Shown: positions 33,729 to 37,473 of the stretch, in pieces
Layout of the letters: every line of letters starts with the position of its first letter
How positions within the stretch are numbered: position 1 is the first letter of the stretch
Origin: a virus
Virus record (IMG/VR): IMGVR_UViG_3300028549_000928
Coordinates: 1-37,473 of that record
Length of the DNA stretch: 37,473 nt
Reading direction: 5' to 3' (one strand)
Program-made: the position numbers and the translations under genes
The notes under the pieces: generated by a model
What the model saw: the letters and a program-made list of their open reading frames with translations, nothing else
What the model was told of the DNA's origin: nothing
Database searches by the model: none

Positions 33729-35903
33729 ATGACAAATACAGTAGCTTACGCACCAAAAAAGCAAAACGGAAATGGAGTGACAAAAGATGTTTCGTTTGCT
33801 TGGAAAATATTTAAAGAAACTGATTTAATAATAATAATTGAAAATGATATTACTAAAGTCCAAAGAACGCTTGAGTTGGGAACTGATTATTCTGTTACTT
33901 TTAGCGGTGGAACTGGGGGTAATGTTTCATTAGTTGTTGCACCTCCTACCGGAGAAACAATTATTGTAACTAGAAATACACCTCAAGAACAAGGTTCATC
34001 TTATTTAACCTCGCCCGGATTTGATGCAAAAGAAGTTGAAAAATCACTTGATAGAGCAAGCGTTATTGTTCAAGATGTAAATTATTCGCTGAAACGTGCA
34101 ATAAAAGTTCCAATAGGTTCAGAAGCTTTAAATTTAAGCTTGCCTGCCCCGAATGCCGGTAAAACTCTTAAATGGAATGAGACTGAGGACGGCTTGGTTA
34201 ATTCAGATGTTAATGTTGATGATATTGATACTGCGGTACAAGAGGCTAAAGACTATGCAGATGCTGCAATAAATTCTGCAAATAGTGCAACGGCATCTGC
34301 TGCAAGTGCTGCATCTGGAATTGCAGTTTTTAATACAACCTACGAGGGTGCTTTGCAAGACTTGGTGGATGGAAAAGAAGAGATTGAAACTCAGGCTATT
34401 TTATCCTTGAATCAGTTAAGAGATGCAGGGTACGGTTTACCTCCGTCTATCTGCAAAAACCTTATGATTAAAAAAGTTGGGGTTAATGTTTCTTTAAAAT
34501 GGGAAGATAGTGGAAACACAATTCTTGATGAAAAATATATCTGCACATGGGCAGGAACAAAAATTGTCAAAAGGCTCGGTGGCTATCCTAGAAATGAAAC
34601 TGACGGAGTTTTGGTTGTTGATAATTTAATAAACAACCAGTATCTAAATTCTGCATATATTGATGTCTTGGCTGATTCAGGTGAGAATTGGTATTATGCT
34701 GCATTCCCTTATTCAACAAATGGGGCATATTGTTATAATGCAAAGAATAACTTCACAGAGGCGATTGTTTATGAATTTTGTATCAATCCTAATGATGCAA
34801 ACCCTATCACGAGGGTAACTCGTCCTGTTGATTCTGTAAACAAGGACTTTGTACATGCGTATATGAATTTTGGCAGCGGTGCATTTAATTATGGAAGTTG
34901 GGAACACGCTTTCTTTATGCCTCGCCCTGTAATGGTCAAGTATGATGGAACGGTTGACTATGAACTTTATAAGCAAAATTTCAATTACAAAGCTGACGGT
35001 GTTACTCCAAGCGGTATTGCTAATACGGCTTATGGCGGTAATGTTATGATTGCATTCCCTCAAGTTTGGTTTAAATTTGTTATGGATGGAACTCTTCAGC
35101 ACGTTTATATTGCTAACAAGCAAGTTGATGAAAATTATAAGTGCTATACTCACTACAATAGGCTTGGAACATTGCTTAATGAAATATTTATAAATGCTTA
35201 TCAACCTTGTAATGTTTCATCAAAATTGAGAAGTCTTTCAGGACAAACAATTTATGTAGGGGCTGCAGGAACAACTGAAATTGCTTATGCTCAAGCAAAT
35301 GGTGATGGTTGGTATTTGTGGGATTATGCTTTCTTTAATATGATGAATATGTTGCTTGTTTTAATGTGTGGGTCAACAAATATTCAATCAAAATTTGGTG
35401 AAGGTCGCTCAAGTGCTGCGAATGCAACAACCGGAGAATGCAACGACAAAGGAATGTTTTACGGCACAAGTGCAAATGGGGCAGTAAAAATATTTGGTAT
35501 CGAAAATTATTATGGGAATTATTGGAAAAGGACAGCCGGTTGCGTTTATACTGCAGCAGGGATGAAATATAAAATGACTGAATCAACTCTTGACGGCTCA
35601 ACTGTTGTTGGGTATAACACGGACGGTACAGGCTATTTGACACATCAAGCATTTAGCGGAACAACTGGCGGATATATCTCAGCAGCTTCATTGACTGCAA
35701 ACGGAATATTCCCAACTGTCGCAAGTGGTTCAAGTTCAACTTACTTCTCAGATGGTCTTTGGTGGGCTGCAGGTGGTTACGCTATTGTCGGCGGTGATTA
35801 TGCCGACGGTGCTCTTGCCGGTTCGTTCTGTCTGTTTCTGAGCGATGCCGTGTCGACTGCCGGCGCTAACATCGGGGCTTCGCTTTCGTGTAAGCCTCTT
35901 TAA
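33729..35903 (+). CDS. Tail fibre / receptor-binding protein: T7-tail-fibre-like N-terminal adaptor domain and a C-terminal DGR variable region (C-type-lectin-fold candidate)
   Basis: The N-terminus (VSFAWKIFKETDLIIIIEND...LELGTDYSVTF...IIVTRNTPQEQ...LDRASVIVQDV) matches the Phage_T7_tail pattern. The C-terminus GGYAIVGGDYADGALAGSFCLFLSDAVSTAGANIGASLSC carries the VR. Confidence 0.9.
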   Translation: MTNTVAYAPKKQNGNGVTKDVSFAWKIFKETDLIIIIENDITKVQRTLELGTDYSVTFSGGTGGNVSLVVAPPTGETIIVTRNTPQEQGSSYLTSPGFDAKEVEKSLDRASVIVQDVNYSLKRAIKVPIGSEALNLSLPAPNAGKTLKWNETEDGLVNSDVNVDDIDTAVQEAKDYADAAINSANSATASAASAASGIAVFNTTYEGALQDLVDGKEEIETQAILSLNQLRDAGYGLPPSICKNLMIKKVGVNVSLKWEDSGNTILDEKYICTWAGTKIVKRLGGYPRNETDGVLVVDNLINNQYLNSAYIDVLADSGENWYYAAFPYSTNGAYCYNAKNNFTEAIVYEFCINPNDANPITRVTRPVDSVNKDFVHAYMNFGSGAFNYGSWEHAFFMPRPVMVKYDGTVDYELYKQNFNYKADGVTPSGIANTAYGGNVMIAFPQVWFKFVMDGTLQHVYIANKQVDENYKCYTHYNRLGTLLNEIFINAYQPCNVSSKLRSLSGQTIYVGAAGTTEIAYAQANGDGWYLWDYAFFNMMNMLLVLMCGSTNIQSKFGEGRSSAANATTGECNDKGMFYGTSANGAVKIFGIENYYGNYWKRTAGCVYTAAGMKYKMTESTLDGSTVVGYNTDGTGYLTHQAFSGTTGGYISAASLTANGIFPTVASGSSSTYFSDGLWWAAGGYAIVGGDYADGALAGSFCLFLSDAVSTAGANIGASLSCKPL
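35780..35887 (+). repeat. DGR variable repeat (VR), inside the last 41 codons of the tail-fibre gene
   Basis: Gap-free 108-bp alignment to 35968-35075+1000 (that is, 35968-36075) with 96/108 identity. All 12 differences lie opposite TR adenines. Confidence 0.93.
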
Positions 35904-35909
35904 GGGGGA

Positions 35910-35927
35910 GTGGGGGGTTTCCCCCAC
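35910..35927 (+). promoter_or_regulatory. GC-rich hairpin downstream of the VR (DGR target-recognition element candidate)
   Basis: GTGGGGG-GTTT-CCCCCAC: a 7-bp stem and 4-nt loop, 22 nt after the VR end and 6 nt after the stop codon. No U-run follows, so it is not a typical intrinsic terminator. Confidence 0.7.
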
Positions 35928-35967
35928 AAAGCAAAAATTGAATAAATAGGGATATTGAATACGCTCT

Positions 35968-36075
35968 CGCTATTGTCGGCGGTAATTATGACAACGGTGC
36001 TCTTGACGGTTCGTTCTGTCTGAATCTGAACAATGCCGTGTCGAATGCCAACGCTAACATCGGGGCTTCGCATTC
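35968..36075 (+). repeat. DGR template repeat (TR)
   Basis: Contains 22 adenines, 12 of which are substituted in the VR. Read in the VR frame it has 8 AAY codons and ends in TAA. Located 132 bp upstream of the RT start. Confidence 0.93.
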
Positions 36076-36207
36076 TTAAACATTGTCTTTGAAAAATTTC
36101 TTAATGTACTCAATATTCCTTGCCACTTGGCAAAAATTAACCGAATAAGAGGTGCGTGCTAGTAGCTTGTTGAACGCTCGCAAGGTGTTTAAGAAAGAAT
36201 ATAATAA

Positions 36208-37356
36208 ATGAAGTCATATAACCATCTTTTTGAAAAGTTGGTGAGTAGTGAGAATATAAGTCTTGCAATCACCAACGCTTCAAGAAGAAAAAGCAAAAGA
36301 AAAGATGTTCGTTACATCTTGGAACACAGAGAAGAATTTACAAAGAAAATACAAGATTTACTTATAAGTCAAGAATTTAAACCACAAAAACACAGGCTCG
36401 TAAAAATCTATGATAAAAGTTCTAAAAAAGAGAGATACATCATTCAACCTTATTTCCGCATCAATAAGCAGGGAGAGGAAGTCTTTGAACAAATAATCCA
36501 TCACGCTGTTATTCAGGTGTTAAGCCCTGTTTTTATGCGTGGAATGTATAAATACTCTTGCGGTTCAATTCCTAAGCGTGGAGGGCATTATGGCAAGAAG
36601 TATCTTGAAAAATATATCAAAGAACATGATGAGAATGAGATAAAATATTGCTGCAAGTTTGACATTCGACACTATTATTTGACGGTCAACGTGCCCTTGC
36701 TGAAAGAAAAGTTTAAGGTAAAAATACACGATGAGAAAATGCTTAAAATCATTTTTGCAATTCTTGATAGTAATATCGCAATGAATAACGGAAAGCTTTT
36801 TGACATGGGCTTGCCTATCGGTTTTTATACTTCGCAATGGTTTGCAAATTGGTTTCTTGAAGATTTCGATCACTTCATAAAAGAGGAATTAAAAATCAAA
36901 TGCTTTGTTCGCTATATTGATGATGTGATTTTATTTAGCCCTAATAAAAGGGATTTGCACAAAAAGCTGAAACGGATTAACAATTTTCTAAAAAATATTA
37001 AACTGGAACTTAAAAAGAATTATCAAGTTTTTAAATTTGACTACGGAAACAATAAAGGTCGCCCACTCGATTTTATGGGCTTCAAATTTTATAGAAACCG
37101 TACAACGCTGAGAAAATCAATTCTCCACAATGCGGTTAAGAAGGCAAGGAAAATTCAAAAGAAAACAACTCCAACTCATTATGATGCAAGTCAAATACTC
37201 AGTTATTTGGGTTGGTTTAAAAGTACAAAAACGTTTGAGTTTTTCAAGCGTACAGTTGCACAAATGATTAATTTAAGAGCGTGTAAGTTACTGATAAGTA
37301 GAAAAAGTAAAGGAGAAACAAATGATATTGAATTGGGAAGTTGCGGAAAGCACTGA
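36208..37356 (+). CDS. DGR-type reverse transcriptase (382 aa)
   Basis: Motifs in order: KKERYIIQPYF...QIIHHAVIQVL, SIPKRGGHYG, KFDIRHYYLTV, LPIGFYTSQWFANWFL (the IGxxxSQ hallmark of DGR RTs), YIDD (36913-36924) and FMGFKFY. The 3' end is duplicated at 1-138 by the assembly overlap. Confidence 0.92.
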   Translation: MKSYNHLFEKLVSSENISLAITNASRRKSKRKDVRYILEHREEFTKKIQDLLISQEFKPQKHRLVKIYDKSSKKERYIIQPYFRINKQGEEVFEQIIHHAVIQVLSPVFMRGMYKYSCGSIPKRGGHYGKKYLEKYIKEHDENEIKYCCKFDIRHYYLTVNVPLLKEKFKVKIHDEKMLKIIFAILDSNIAMNNGKLFDMGLPIGFYTSQWFANWFLEDFDHFIKEELKIKCFVRYIDDVILFSPNKRDLHKKLKRINNFLKNIKLELKKNYQVFKFDYGNNKGRPLDFMGFKFYRNRTTLRKSILHNAVKKARKIQKKTTPTHYDASQILSYLGWFKSTKTFEFFKRTVAQMINLRACKLLISRKSKGETNDIELGSCGKH

Positions 37357-37473
37357 AAGACCTCTTGAGGTTGATAATATGCTCTCCCCTAGTGGGGTAT
37401 ATCTGAGAAAAGATGTACAGGAAGTCGAAGGAAAATTTCAATATAAAGAAGTTTTTCTAGGGCAAGAATACAA
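37219..37473. repeat. Second copy of the 255-bp terminal overlap (contains the RT 3' end and the 5' part of ORF 104-622)
   Basis: Identical to 1-255 by direct reading. Confidence 0.95.

Larger units (their letters stand above)
35780..37356 (+). mobile_element. Diversity-generating retroelement cassette (VR - hairpin - TR - spacer - RT)
   Basis: See the component features. VR/TR mismatches fall only at TR adenines, and the RT carries the DGR-specific IGxxxSQ motif. Confidence 0.92.

Noticed and set aside
28044-33764. Series of minus-strand ORFs (28044-28472, 28295-28651, 30146-30457, 30946-31182, 31338-31601, 31877-32083, 32369-32638, 32906-33100, 33534-33764), plus the plus-strand ORF 33541-33732
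   Set aside because: All are embedded in or antisense to the uninterrupted 1967-aa gene. They have Ser/Phe/Leu-rich mirror-frame composition and lack an RBS, so they are shadow ORFs.
34713-35652. Minus-strand ORFs 34713-35204 and 35335-35652
   Set aside because: They are antisense shadows inside the tail-fibre gene, which has clear domain signatures in the + frame.
35968-36075. TR interpreted as a decayed duplicate (pseudogene fragment) of the tail-fibre 3' end
   Set aside because: Neutral decay would scatter substitutions over all four bases. Here 12/12 differences fall on template adenines and 86/86 non-A positions are identical, with a DGR-type RT immediately downstream.
1-37473. tRNA, rRNA or other structured RNA genes
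   Set aside because: I saw no cloverleaf-like GC-rich segments of 70-90 nt in the few intergenic gaps. A tRNAscan/Infernal run would be needed to exclude them formally.

Overview
The window is a complete, AT-rich temperate phage or prophage genome assembled as a circle. Bases 1-255 are identical to 37219-37473, so the unit length is 37218 bp. All functional calls come from motifs and gene order read by eye; no database search was run.

Gene layout around the circle:
- Lysis cassette, + strand (DUF1353 protein, holin-like protein, PGRP/T7-lysozyme-type amidase; 1068-2253).
- Large serine recombinase, - strand (2299-3888).
- Long leftward early operon of tightly packed, often overlapping genes (about 11146 down to 3927). 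It includes a DUF4373 replication organiser, a phage Dam methyltransferase, many small Cys-rich proteins and an unexpected second capsid-like protein.
- Immunity switch (RHH gene divergent from a CI-type HTH gene, with a near-consensus leftward promoter and a 22-bp repeated site).
- A self-contained promoter-gene-terminator cassette for a secreted repeat protein.
- A phased GCAATGCGA iteron array followed by an AT-rich tandem repeat.
- Rightward late operon with a podovirus (T7-like) gene order: terS, terL, portal, scaffold, major capsid, gp11/gp12-like tail proteins, internal virion proteins (one with an SLT domain, one 1967-aa polyvalent giant) and a tail fibre.

The standout system is a compact diversity-generating retroelement (DGR) at the end of the late operon. 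It has a 108-bp VR in the tail-fibre 3' end and a 108-bp TR 80 bp further downstream. All 12 mismatches fall on TR adenines. A GC hairpin follows the VR, and a DGR-type reverse transcriptase follows the TR. No Avd-like accessory gene is recognisable.
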